Assembly: GCF_026571515.1 (NCBI RefSeq)
Contig: NW_026856260.1
Location: 62,001-126,000, forward strand
DNA from: Ruditapes philippinarum
Lineage: Eukaryota
DNA: 64,000 nucleotides
Direction: 5' to 3'
Within the stretch, counting starts at the first letter, position 1, and the number at the start of each line of letters is the position of its first letter. Below, piece by piece: positions 24,801-34,961 of this stretch. A model generated the notes under the pieces. That model was not told the origin of the DNA and did not search any database. It saw only the letters and a program-made list of their open reading frames with translations. A program made the position numbers and the translations under genes.

Positions 24801-27398
24801 TTTGAAATGTCAGGATAAAACATAAATTTGATATATTAGGACAAAGAGTAACTTAGATATATTAGGCCAAAGAGTAACTTTGATATATCAGGACAATCAG
24901 TAACATTGAAATGTCAGGATAAAACATAAATTTGATATATTAGGACCAAAGGTAAATTTGATAGATCAAGACAATGAGAAACACTGATATATCAGGGAAA
25001 TGAGTAACTTTAATCAGGACAATAATTAACTTTGATATATTAGAACAAAAGGTAACTTTGATATATCAAGAAAAATAGTTACTTTGATGTATCAGAACAA
25101 ATAGTAATTTGGATATCAGGACAAAGAGTATCAGTGTTATATGAGGACAAAGAGTAACTAAAAAATATCAGTACATACATGAGAAAACAGAGAATTCTGA
25201 CAGAAACTATAAATATAACAAGAAATTATCACAGCAAGAGTTTTATAAATAAAAGCATATGATAATACTAAATATAATGTTTGAAAGTTATAATTAATAC
25301 GTTGTTACATACTTTTCAAATGATCGTTGGAAACGGACCATTATTTAGTTATTAAAGTGCTGCATATATAAAAAGATAAGCAATATAAAAAGTCATACAG
25401 CATTGATAGCCCAAGGTGAAAGGACATTGTGCGCCGTTACAATGATAGAAGTAAAGCGATATTTCTCGGGAAAGTTTGCATCCACCCATGCTTTCTCTGG
25501 TAGCACTCTTGACGACTTTGGCACCCACAACTTTGCATCATCCTTTGTTTGTTCGAATTTTGATAGGCCTACACCACAAAGTCCGCAGACCAACAGAGAT
25601 ATGATTATGGTGATAATTGGGTGCCTAGCAACCAGCAGACCTAGCCTTTGATAAACAGATATTTATAATGAAAATGCAAGGAAATAATACATAATAAGTT
25701 TTTATGTTATATTAATATAGATGTTCATACTGAAAATAAGCATAACATATTAAGGTAATACATGTTAATGAAAGATTTGAGAAATTTCAGTATCTATTAT
25801 GCCACTTTTCTGTTTGATATCTCACAACCTTGAATAGAACCTTGAGCAATCTTATAAAAACATATAACTTTATGCTAAAACACTCAGTCTGTTGCCTCAA
25901 ATTAAAATGAAAACTCTGACTACATATAAGGATGATATTACCCTCATTATCTATGCATGAAAACATATTATAAAAAGAAATGGTACACCAATGGGTTAAT
26001 GAATAATAGGTCACAGAATTCATAAATTTTTACACCAGCTCACTATTAGTTTTCAGGTAGAGCATATTTAGTTTATGCTACCATTTTTGGGTTAAGTACA
26101 GACAGTTCAATGTACGAATCAAGAACTGGGTTAAGCTCTTTAAATATAGGTCAATTTCTACATGTTAATACTGTGGACATGAGGATGAGACAGTCATTAA
26201 ATAACATTCTATAAATGGTTCTGTTTAATTGATTAGCTAAATTCCTTAAATTTCATCAACAGAAGTGGCTGATAATATGGTCTCTCAGCTGTTTTGGATC
26301 ACCTACTATTCAAACTGGAAGAATTAACAGAATTAATTTGGCCTCCTTAATGAAAGCCAATTTGATATACATGTGTTTACCAAAAGCATTTTCAGTATAA
26401 TAAAAAAAATTAACCAAGGCATCTTCAATTGTTGAGTTATTTGTCGGAAACCATTTTTATGTACAAGGTCACTGTGACTTTGACCTTTGACCCTTAAATC
26501 AATAGGGGTTATCTACTGGCCAAGACCAATGCACCTATGAAGTTTGAAGGTAAAGGGCCCATGAGTTGTTGAAATGTCGATCACAAAGTGTTTTTTACCT
26601 ATAAGGTCAATTTGATCTTGACCTCTAATCCCTTGACTCCAAAAATCCATTAAGGTCATCTTCTGACCAAAAGCAATGCATTTGTGAAGTTTGAAGGTCA
26701 AGGGTCCATGGGTTGTCAAGTTATTGATCGGAAACTGTTTTGACCTACAAGGTCAATATGACTTTTGACCCCAAAATCAATAGGGGTCATTTTACAGCCC
26801 AAAGAAAAATGCACAAAGGTCAAAAATTTTAAAGGGTTAAAAGGCCCCGGGACTTTTTTTTAGCTATTATTTGGGAAAACCTTTTTTGACTTTTCAATGA
26901 AAATTTTAAACCCTTTGATCTAAAGCCCCAAAAAATTTTAAACAGGGGTCATATTTGGTCAGGGAAAAAACCCCCCATACCAAGTTTGAAGATCCTAGGC
27001 CTAAGAGTTCTTTAGTTATTGATCAGAAACCATTTGGTCTACTGACTGACGCACGGAAAAATGCAAAGCAATATGCCCTCACTTCTTTGAAGAGGGGGGG
27101 CATAAACAATTGATTTACTAACAGTATAGGGCCTGGTCAGACTACACGGATGAGCAGAACTGCCAGGCTTTCAGTAGCAGCAAGTAACCAACAATAAACA
27201 ACATAAACAACACACTTACTTGTAAAAGGTGTCCTCTAACACTTGTATCAGCTTATTACTACATTGTTGGAGACACGACGGTTCATATTCGGCAGTTATT
27301 TCTGTATACTCCCTGCACTGGTACTCCAACTGCTGTTCTTTTCCATCACTACCGTTGCCCTCGACAACAGAGACCAAGCTTATCTGCTCACGTGCCAT
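6656..27398 (-). CDS. PTCHD3: Patched domain-containing protein 3-like / NPC1-like sterol-sensing-domain RND membrane protein (spliced gene; readable CDS span)
   Basis: 17 GT-AG exons with consistent phases on each side of the corrupted segment. Contains SSD motif PFLLLGIGVDDMF, TM10 motif GLAVDYSAH and C-terminal GLFHGLVYLPVVLS. In-frame upstream TAG supports the ATG at 27398. Symbol is family-level (PTCHD3-like); orthology is not established. Confidence 0.9.
6903..7172 (+). mobile_element. tRNA-derived SINE family 2, copy 1
   Basis: Box A TAGCTCAATAGG, box B GGTTCAATTCC, non-tRNA body, ACA-rich tail; second copy at 39310. Confidence 0.75.
7389..7510 (-). CDS. PTCHD3: PTCHD3-like exon (ERAKATLFSIGPAVLNGGVSTFLA...FFR)
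   Basis: TTTCAG acceptor, GTAAAA donor; TM11. Confidence 0.93.
7918..8130 (+). mobile_element. tRNA-derived SINE with conserved-core-like domain
   Basis: GGTTCAAACCC box B followed by CCTTGATCAAGAAACTTTAAACTCATTGCTCAGTACTGG. Confidence 0.55.
8195..8339 (-). CDS. PTCHD3: PTCHD3-like exon (IDVTGTLQFWG...GLAVDYSAHVGH...)
   Basis: ATCAG acceptor, GTAACT donor; TM10 GxxxD motif. Confidence 0.93.
8408..8751. mobile_element. Kolobok-like MITE
   Basis: TTAA TSD; TIR AGGGACTCCA(A/C)TGAGG; RR termini. Confidence 0.8.
9365..9595 (-). mobile_element. SINE family 3, copy 1
   Basis: Shared body AAGGTCATATGG..ACTTT.CAGCTTTACT.GGAGG.AGACCTCAGG with 20650-20750 and 54930-55195. Confidence 0.6.
9771..9896 (-). 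CDS. PTCHD3: PTCHD3-like exon (VLKGELYRNLALAGVCVFIVTLLLIAN...)
   Basis: TTCAG acceptor, GTATGT donor; TM8-9. Confidence 0.92.
10577..10732 (-). CDS. PTCHD3: PTCHD3-like exon (ASYIPFFH...AMESLR...NETNK)
   Basis: TTTCAG acceptor, GTAAAA donor, 52 codons. Confidence 0.88.
11069..11295. mobile_element. Palindromic MITE, Sola-like (GAG...CTC termini, 4-bp TSD AAGT)
   Basis: ~95-bp TIRs; TSD at 11065-11068 and 11296-11299. Confidence 0.85.
11371..11492 (-). CDS. PTCHD3: PTCHD3-like exon (NGYPRSSTEF...PPTIE)
   Basis: TTTCAG acceptor, GTAACT donor, phases 1/0. Confidence 0.86.
11810..11930. repeat. 16-bp minisatellite (AGTGACATTCAAGGTC) x~7
   Basis: Direct inspection. Confidence 0.8.
12222..12386 (-). 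CDS. PTCHD3: PTCHD3-like exon (DNMDYFAN...NFWYPSFINYL...)
   Basis: TTTTCAG acceptor, GTAAGA donor, phases 1/1. Confidence 0.88.
12770..14090. repeat. 39/46-bp minisatellite, ~30 units, overlapping the exon donor at 14078
   Basis: Unit ACCACAGTAGACAATTGTGAAGTAGCCTAAAGGTGTTAA and a 46-bp variant. Confidence 0.92.
14079..14256 (-). CDS. PTCHD3: PTCHD3-like exon (ISVLIATTVLVG...IPSDSY...AAVYC)
   Basis: CACAG acceptor, G|GTAAGA donor; P-x-DSY motif. Confidence 0.92.
14345..14562 (-). mobile_element. SINE family 1, longer copy with tRNA-like head
   Basis: Same body as 462-603 plus a box-B-like GGTTCGATC on the minus strand. Confidence 0.75.
14936..15050 (-). CDS. PTCHD3: PTCHD3-like exon corrupted by sequencing error (ends ...LKLSVK)
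   Basis: Donor AAG|GTGAGC at 14935 is phase 0 and joins the next exon as LKLSVK-ISVLI; the upstream part is frameshifted by homopolymer noise and its 5' boundary is approximate. Confidence 0.55.
16111..16283 (-). CDS. PTCHD3: PTCHD3-like coding exon 9 (GIGVDDMFVI...GVSITVTSVTDIVAFGIGGST)
   Basis: CCCAG acceptor, GTAAGT donor; canonical GxxxDD SSD motif. Confidence 0.93.
16602..16725 (-). CDS. PTCHD3: PTCHD3-like coding exon 8 (LYVSLSGILTIGLA...MPFLLL)
   Basis: TTCCAG acceptor, GTAAGT donor; SSD TM3-TM4. Confidence 0.92.
17256..17490. mobile_element. Palindromic MITE, same family (TSD AAAT)
   Basis: TSD at 17252-17255 and 17491-17494. Confidence 0.85.
17664..17784 (-). CDS. PTCHD3: PTCHD3-like coding exon 7 (TFDDEGYGAVNADVSLL...TM2)
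   Basis: TTTTCAG acceptor, GTAAGC donor; start of the SSD. Confidence 0.9.
17798..17925. mobile_element. Half copy of the palindromic MITE
   Basis: One TIR arm plus spacer, 13 bp from the exon 7 acceptor boundary. Confidence 0.8.
17930..18390. repeat. Degenerate ~55-60-bp tandem repeat
   Basis: Recurrent GTCAGAGTTAAAA(C/T)TAAGCATAG. Confidence 0.65.
18426..18523 (-). CDS. PTCHD3: PTCHD3-like coding exon 6 (WDAAALVWEKNMI...YATR)
   Basis: TATAG acceptor, GTAAGT donor; family WE motif. Confidence 0.88.
19073..19196 (-). CDS. PTCHD3: PTCHD3-like coding exon 5 (SPVYGTEFNLEYMLGGIRRD...)
   Basis: TTTCAG acceptor, GTAAGT donor; LGG motif. Confidence 0.88.
21036..21870 (-). mobile_element. HINE family B with ~170-bp internal repeats
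   Basis: subTIRs GCTCGACT / AGTCGAGC, hairpin GCTGTC-GTAA-GACAGC, (GACGCC)n; remnants near 1530-1730, 33470-33850, 34640-35112, 48205-48475. Confidence 0.75.
21957..22076 (-). CDS. PTCHD3: PTCHD3-like coding exon 4 (VGRHCRVQSILELW...)
   Basis: TTAG acceptor, GTAATG donor; C-x-x-x-SILELW luminal motif. Confidence 0.87.
22466..22539 (-). CDS. PTCHD3: PTCHD3-like coding exon 3 (MYDMYLQSR...TICVK)
   Basis: TTACAG acceptor, GTAAGT donor, phases 0/2 consistent. Confidence 0.85.
23180..25165. repeat. 26-bp satellite with higher-order variants
   Basis: AGGACAAAGAGTAACTTTGATATATT plus recurrent linked pair AGGACAATCAGTAACTTTCAAATGTC-AGGATAAAACATAAATTTGATATATT. Confidence 0.95.
25399..25645 (-). CDS. 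PTCHD3: PTCHD3-like coding exon 2 (KLGLLVARHP...LWVPKSSR...WAINA)
   Basis: AAG acceptor, GTATGA donor; TM1 and LWVP motif typical of the patched/NPC1 family. Confidence 0.9.
26410..27106 (-). mobile_element. HINE family C (TGACCTT-rich internal repeats)
   Basis: Terminal fold-back TATGCCCTC..TTC..GAAG..GGGGCATAA and GACTGACG microsatellite; related fragments at ~10070-10320 and ~53330-53680; left boundary approximate. Confidence 0.6.
27220..27398 (-). CDS. PTCHD3: PTCHD3-like coding exon 1 (MAREQISLV...LEDTFY)
   Basis: ATG at 27398, donor GTAAGT at 27219, phase 2 matches the next exon. Confidence 0.85.
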
Positions 27399-28489
27399 AA
27401 TCCTGTAATTCTAGTGGCTACGAAATATTTCACCTGTATGGTCCCATCTGCAATATCAACACACATGTGTCAATGTTATGTTGAAAAATGGGACCCCAAA
27501 GTTTCCATGTTTATAACAAATCACATGTCAAAAAGAAAAAAAAAAACTATTAAGAAAAAATACCAATCAAGATAAAAAAACAAAAACTATGATTTTTTAT
27601 TTACTATTCTAGAACTAAAATTCATTAAAATTTTATTCAATACAATATTTATTGTTCTATAAGCTGTCACTCAAGTTGTTTACCACAATTTATAAACATA
27701 TACCATTTATACATGTCATTAATTGGATATATTAGCAAGTGACTGAACAAAACCTAGGTTAAAAACTAGGTTAATGGCACAATGTATATCTCACATAAAG
27801 TAGGTTGTGTACTTTTAAAAACGTACTTAAACCAGAATTACTATTATATTGACACAGTATACACATCAGACGAGGTCACAACATGAGTGGATTAGTTCAT
27901 ATTTCTTGTGCAAGACTTGTTTTTATCCACTCAACTTAATGATTATTTGTGCAAGTTGATCAGAAATTTATGGGAGGAGAAACCCCTCTAAAACCAACCC
28001 TTTAAGAGGTAACAGGAACAAGTCACGTCTCTTTGTCTGCCTGTTTGTCTGTATGTCCATTATATAGTAATGTAATATGTTACCTCTTCTTTGTGTTCTC
28101 CCATATTATAATTTAAAGCGTTATCAGTAATAAGTTTCAAGCAAAGCACTGAAAATAGTTATATAGTACCAGAACATTCCATCCCTCATGATTTTATACA
28201 AATGGCACACAGTATAAACCAGTCTCCTTCTGGTGTTAATGCAAGGAAGATACAAGTTCAAATATTAAGGCTTCCGAAACAGTACAGTAACTTGAAGTAG
28301 CAATTGCTTGTAATCAATATTTAAATTGAACCAGACATGGTACAAATTTAGCCAGACATTTTAGCAAGACAAATTGTTACAAATTTAGCAAGACATGGTA
28401 TAAATTTGGCGCCAAAACAGGAAAGATGATTTTCGCTAACCTCAGGTGTTACAAACTTAAAGCAACACCAGTGGTCAAAACCACCTTAC

Positions 28490-28640
28490 CTGCTGGAGCT
28501 AAGAGAAGCATAGACTCCAGTAATTCTAACCCATTTAGTCGCCTCTTACGATCATCATCAGGGTTAAACGGCGGCTGCAATTCTGATGCCTCAACCCTCA
28601 AAGGCAATCCCCACAACCACAAGGTGGAATGGTTCAGATT
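28490..28640 (-). other. Probable upstream 5'-UTR exon of the PTCHD3-like gene
   Basis: Strong donor CAG|GTAAGG at 28489; exon-like higher GC; 5' boundary unknown. Confidence 0.45.
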
Positions 28641-29804
28641 TAAAATGATACCATATTTTCAATGCATATACAAAGTCTTCATAATCAATAATCATTTAAA
28701 ACAATTAAATAATAGATTGCTGTAGTGTATCAGGTATATGGGAAACATTATATAACATACATGTATGTACCTCATTAATTGCAGCAAACATTAAATTGTA
28801 TGTTTCAAAAGCTCTGAGAGCATAAATTTTTCATACAGATCATGAGATGTTCATTAGATTTTCATTGACACACGAATAATTTTTAAGTCCAGAACTCCCC
28901 CCTACACACACACACACACTTCCTGGAAAATAGTGGGGAGTGGGGACTTTGTTCAATTTAACCCTGTCCATCTTTCAACCCAAACAAAACCTTTCATTTT
29001 ATCATTTGTAGAGAAAAACAGAATCCCCAAATAGAAAACCCAACACAGCAAAATTGAAAATGTTGCAAACTTGGTTTGATTGAGCCTGTTCATAGACGTA
29101 GAGTTCATTAAGGCAGTTAAACAGATTAAAATTTCATTTATTTAAAAATTGTAACTGTATGCTATTATACATCATTTTACATGTACATGTATTACAGACC
29201 CAATTGGTGATTTAAAAACTCTAACATAATTATAATATTATATGATATAAATTCTTAAACCAAAATTTAAGTATATTAAATATCATACCTATAATCCTTA
29301 CTCCATTTACTATCAAATGAACAATATAAAAAAAGCAGGAATTTATCATGCTAAAATGAGGAAACCAAAAAAAAAGCAGGAATTTATAAAGACATTTTTG
29401 CTATACTTTACTATAAACAATATCTTCCTGCAACTTGTTACATTATTTATCACAAGATATAACATGTTCCTTGGTGAGAAGTGATAACATGATGTGTTAT
29501 CTGTGTACAATTGTTAAAGTCATTTTAAACTTTAAGTACAAAAAGGTCAAGATATATAGTCCATTTCATTATAATAATGCAAATGAATTTCTCAAATTCT
29601 GATTTGCTTACACAATACTTATGCTGTGTATATACTGTGATGAACCGAAGTATGCAGAAATAATAATATTTTTCTACATTGTAGACGGTTAGGTAACTTG
29701 AAATGCGTGTGATTAAATTTTTTTTTAATGCACTCTGTTCCTTACTGCACATTTCGTGATTCAAATATCATTACTTCCAAACAATAGTTAAAAGTTAAAT
29801 CGTT

Positions 29805-30075
29805 ATGACAACCACTTTATCAGAACTACGTGTACTTTTTATGAAATACGCTAAGATGACACTCCCTTTATTTGAACTACTTTTTATGTAATACGCCAAG
29901 ATGACGATCCCTTTATTTGAACTACTTTTTATGTAATAAGCCAAGATGAAGACCCTTTTATTTGAACTACTTTTTATGTAATACGCCAAGATGACGACCC
30001 CTTTATTTGAACTACTTTTTATGTAATAAGCCAAGATGACGATCCCTTTATTTAAACTACATTTATGTAATACAC
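29805..30075. repeat. 48-bp minisatellite x~5
   Basis: GCCAAGATGACGATCCCTTTATTTGAACTACTTTTTATGTAATA(A/C). Confidence 0.88.
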
Positions 30076-30190
30076 AGCATTGGCGTGTTATTGATAATGT
30101 ACGTATTTTTCCTGTGCTTCTTTGGAAACAGTCTAAAGTTGTTGGGTTATGAACTTGTTGTCCATAATAATTTGTATTATAATGAATTTG

Positions 30191-30350
30191 TTATACAAGT
30201 ACTCAGATGGAATACATGGGAGGATATAACCTGAATAAGATAAATCTGTCCCGAGGCCCTAGCCAAGGGTTATCTTTTATTTCAGGTCAGTCATTTTATC
30301 TCATTCAGGCTATATCCTCCCATTTATCCAGTCAGCAACTTAATGTATAA
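30191..30350. mobile_element. Hairpin-type element remnant
   Basis: Arms ATGGGAGGATATAACCTGAATAAGATAAA / TTTATCTCATTCAGGCTATATCCTCCCAT. Confidence 0.5.
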
Positions 30351-30503
30351 CTAATAATATAATTATGCATTCCAATATTATATAATTTTATAAAAGCTAT
30401 AATTAAGTATGTCTCAATATTTCAACGGCAAGACAGACCAATTTTTATAATCTGATATTTCATAGATGTCTGTCTTTACGAAGGGCGACAATCGTCTATA
30501 TAA

Positions 30504-32596
30504 AACAAGAGGGCCATGATGGCCCTGAGGTCGCTCAACTGTATATAGCCCCCGTCCCCCGCCCCCCGGCCCAATTTTTACCCCAAGGGCTTTTATTTGT
30601 TTATTTGAACAGACTTGGTAGACACCCATAAGAAGATGTTTCATGCAAAACATCTAAGTTCTAGCTCATTGGGTTTTTTAAAAGAAGATTTTTTAAGTTT
30701 TCACTATACACATATAGTTAAAAACAATGACATCCCTCGGGCAGGGCCAGTTTTGACCCCTGGGCTTTTATTTGAACAAACTTTGTAGATATTTACTTAA
30801 AGATGTTTCATGCTTAATATCTAAACTCTAGTTATTTGGGTTTTTTCAAAGAAGATTTTTAAGTTTTTGCTATGTATATAAGGAAAATCAATGACCCCCA
30901 GGGCAGGGCCAGTTTTGACCCCAGGGCTTTTATTTGAACATACTTGGTAGACACCCATTAGAACATGTCTCATGCTAAATATCTTAGCTCTAGCTCTTTG
31001 GGTTCTTTAAAAGAAGATTTTTTAAGTTTTTACTATATGCATATAGGGAAATTCAATGACCCCCTGGGGCGGGCCAATTTTGACCCCAGGGCTTTTATTT
31101 GAACAAACCTTGGTAGACATTCACTAGAAGATGTTTCATGCCAAATATCTAAGCTCTAGCTCTTACGGTTCTTTAAAAGAAGATTTTTTAAGTTTTTACT
31201 ATATGCATATAGGGAAAATCAATGACCCCCCGGGACGGGGCCAATTTTGACCTCAGGGCTTTTATTTGAACAAACTTGGTAGACATTCACTAGAAGATGT
31301 TTCATGCCAAATATCTTAGCTCTAGCTCTTTGGGTTCTTTAAAAGAAGATTTTTTAAGTTTTTACTTTATGCATATAGGGAAAATCAATGACCCCCTGGG
31401 GCGGGGCCAATTTGGACCCCAGGGCTTTTATTTGAACAAACTTGGTAGACATTCACTAGAAGATGTTTCATGCCAAATATCTAAGCTCTAGCTCTTACAG
31501 TTCTTTAAAAGAAGATTTTTTTAAGTTTTTACTATATGCATATAGGAAAAATCAATGACCCCCCGGGGCGGGGCCAATTTTAAGCCCAGGGCTTTTATTT
31601 GAACAAACTTGGTAGACACTCACTAGAAGATGTTTCATGCCAAATATCTAAGCTCTAGCTCTTCTGGTTCTTTAAAAGAAGATTTTTTAAGTTTTTACTA
31701 TATGCATATAGGGAAAATCAATTACCCCCAGGGCGGGGCCAATTTTGACCCCAGGGCTTTTATTTGAACAAACTTGGTAGACATTCACTAGAAGATGTTT
31801 CATGCCAAATATCTTAGCTCTAGCTTTTTGGGTTCTTTAAAAGAAGATTTTTAAGTATTTACTATATGCATATAGGGAAAATCAATGACCCCCTGGGGCG
31901 GGGCCAATTTTGACCCCAGGGCTTTTATTTGAACAAACCTTGGTAGACATTCACTAGAAGATGTTTCATGCCAAATATCTAAACTCTAGCTCTTACAGTT
32001 CTTTAAAAGAAGATTTTTAAGTTTTTACTATATGCATATAGGGAAAATCAATGACCCCCGGGGCGGGGCCAATTTTGACCCCAGGGCTTTTATTTGAACA
32101 AACTTGGTAGACACTCACTAGAAGATGTTCCATGCCAAATATCTTAGCTCTAGCTCTTACAGTTCTTTAAAAGAAGATTTTTTAAGTTTTTACTATATGC
32201 ATATAGGGAAAATCAATGACCCCCCGGGGCGGGGCCAATTTTGACCCCAGGGCTTTTATTTGAACAAACTTGGTAGACACTCATTAGAAGATGTGTCATG
32301 CCAAATATCTAAGCTCTAGCTCTTAGGGTTGTTTAAAAGAAGATATTTAAAGATTTTTCTTTCGGTTGCCATGGCAACCAGAGTTCTGCATGGAATTAAA
32401 TTCTTTGAACAATTTTTAAAGGTGACCACCAAAGGAACATTCCTGTGAAGTTTGGATGAAATTGGCTCAGTGGTTTATGAGGAGATGTCATTTAAAGCAA
32501 AAGTTTACGGACGGACGACGGACGGACGGACGGACGGACGCCGGACGAAAAGCGATCACAAAAGCTCACCCTGTCACTTTGTGACAGGTGAGCTAA
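30504..32596 (-). mobile_element. HINE family A, copy 2, ~10.7 internal ~165-bp repeats
   Basis: Same termini and microsatellite as copy 1. Confidence 0.88.
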
Positions 32597-32634
32597 AAAG
32601 CCCTAAAGCGCACAATTTGTTGGGCTATAATTAA

Positions 32635-32815
32635 GTATATTTTGGGTTTTTCCAAGGTTATCACGGGGTACAAACAAACTTAACATTAACATTTACGGCT
32701 TCTATAATAAGCGCAACACAATGACTAATCTATTGTAAGCGGAAGTGTTCCAAGAAGCTATAACAGTAAAAGTTTGTTTGCACCTGGAGATCCCTTTGGA
32801 AAAACCCACATTTGC
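32635..32815. mobile_element. Small TIR element (MITE)
   Basis: TIRs TGGGTTTTTCCAAGG...ACAAACAAACTT / AAGTTTGTTTGCAC...CCTTTGGAAAAACCCA. Confidence 0.55.
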
Positions 32816-33009
32816 AGAGTTCTGGAATAATAAATATCTATTCAGTATTTGTATAAAAAGAGATGTGATGCAAAATAATTGTCATCACAGTACACTAACT
32901 GTTATAAATATTAAATGACAATGACATTACTCTATTGTTTCGTCTTTCCTGTATTTTTCCAGGAAGAGCATGGTCAACTTTTGAAAATCTAAAATTGCAA
33001 ATTAATTTA

Positions 33010-33305
33010 AAATTGATCCAATATCTAATTTAGAACATATTCAAGGCAAATTCAAAACTGCTTGTGGAACATATTTAAAACTAACCCAAAATTAACGAAA
33101 CACAAATAAATGACTCAATATCATAACGTATTTTTAAAACTGATCCAATGTAATACATCACACAAATAGCTAATCCAATATCAATTTTGGAAACATATTT
33201 AAAACTGATACTGACCAAATATTATTGAAACACAAGCAGCTGATCCAATATCAACTATGGAACTTATACAAAACAGATCCAATATTATTGGAACACAAAT
33301 AACTG
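33010..33305. repeat. Degenerate ~31/34-bp alternating repeat
   Basis: Recurrent CTGATCCAATAT...GGAACA. Confidence 0.6.
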
Positions 33306-33845
33306 CAACTCAGCTGGTACAAACACACTGAGCTAAAGAGGTACTTGTGTCACCTGATAAATAATATCTTCTAAATGTCTTCAATTATAGATTATACTTT
33401 TAACCTTATCAGTACATACCTTGACATGAGTATCTGTTAACCTTGCATTTGCCATCAACAGTGATAACAAGAAATTACTTGTAGAGCTAAATCTTAACAA
33501 TGTTAACTAGAAAAAAAGGGGCATAACTTTGTAAAATATAATTTTAACAAGGATAACAAGTTTGCAGTCAAATAGCTTTGGTTGTTTCTGATAAAATGGA
33601 TCTTAACTTATTTCCTATTACAGGTCACAGAGGCCTTGACTTTTCACCTTAAAATAACTGTGACATGTAGAACTCATTAAGGTGTATCCACATATGAAGT
33701 TCAATTGTATACCTTTGTTAGTATTGAAGTTAATGACCATAAAGGAAAACTTAACTAAAAAGGTTTAGCAATGCAACGCCAATGCCAACACCAAAAAGTG
33801 GGTCATGACAATACCTTAACCTTTTTCTTCGAAAAGTGGAGGTAA

Positions 33846-34638
33846 AAAGAGTCACCATTATGTGGGAGCAACACTGACTCATGGGACGAAGAATGTTGTA
33901 ATTAAGGGTTTTAAAGAAAATTAGAATTTTATATTTAACAGTCAGTTCAAGGTTTATATTCTTAATTATTTAGCATGTGGTTAGTGTCATTTGTGTTCTT
34001 TCATATTATGAATCAAATCTCTCCATTTTTAACAAAAATATGGCAATCAAATAGCAAAAATCTGGCAATCAAAACAAATTTTCAATCATTTGACCAAGAA
34101 CAGTAAAAGTCATGTCAATAGTTCAAAGTCAAACTTTAATACTTCAACATGTTGGTTTTGCAATTATTATTAGTTTGTCCAAAAGTGAATCAAATGATTA
34201 AAAAGAATAACAAAGTAATCATAATTCAAACCACATTCAATATTTTGACCTTGACAGTCAAGGTCATACATGTATTTCAATAATTCAACATGTCAGTTGT
34301 GATTTTGCCAAATATGAATCAAATCCATATACAGATAACAAAGTAATCAAATTTAAGCAAAATTTAATAACTTGCCCTTGACAGTCAGTCATTTCTGTCA
34401 AGGTCATTTAAAGATAAAAGTTCAAATTTGAACAATTGAACATGTTGATTTTGTCATAAGTGTTGTTTTGTCCAACTTAATTGTAATCCTTATATAAATA
34501 ACCAAATAGACAAAAATGGACCAAAATAATTGACCATGACTGCCAAGGTCATTTAAAGGTCAAGGTCTTGTTTGAATAATTCAGCATGAGCTGTTGGAAG
34601 GACTGTGCATGCTCCACTATTCTCAGTGCTTGATAGCT
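33846..34638 (-). mobile_element. Degenerate HINE-like element with TCAAGGTCA-containing internal repeats
   Basis: Repeated GACC..GACAGTCAAGGTCAT units; putative subTIR GAGCA..ACTGA / TCAGTGCTTG. Confidence 0.4.
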
Positions 34639-34727
34639 AAGAACAAAAGCCTGGTAAATGTTAAAGTTTCTAAGTAAAAAATGGCCATAATTCTGTCAAA
34701 ATCCATATCAGAGTTAAGAACATTAAT

Positions 34728-34961
34728 GACCACGTCATGACAAAACCAACATAATGGGTTTGCGACCAGCATGGATCCAGACCAGCCTGCGCATCCGCGC
34801 AGTCTGATCAGGATCCATGCTGTTCGCTATCAGTTTCTCTACTTGTTAAAGGGTTTGTAAACGAACAGCATGGATCCTGAACAGACTGCGCGGATGAGCA
34901 GGTTGGTCTGGATCCATGCTGGTCGCAAACGCACTACGTTGGTTTTGTCGTGACGCGGCTC
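34728..34961. mobile_element. Palindromic MITE, same family, nested in a HINE-B remnant
   Basis: Full TIRs; flanked by a ~23-bp imperfect direct repeat. Confidence 0.85.

Noticed and set aside
28426-28725. 99-aa + strand ORF
   Set aside because: Antisense shadow of the minus-strand exon-like segment; no recognisable domain
29795-30034. Repetitive ORF (AYYIKSSSNKG...)
   Set aside because: Translation of a 48-bp minisatellite; no splice or homology support
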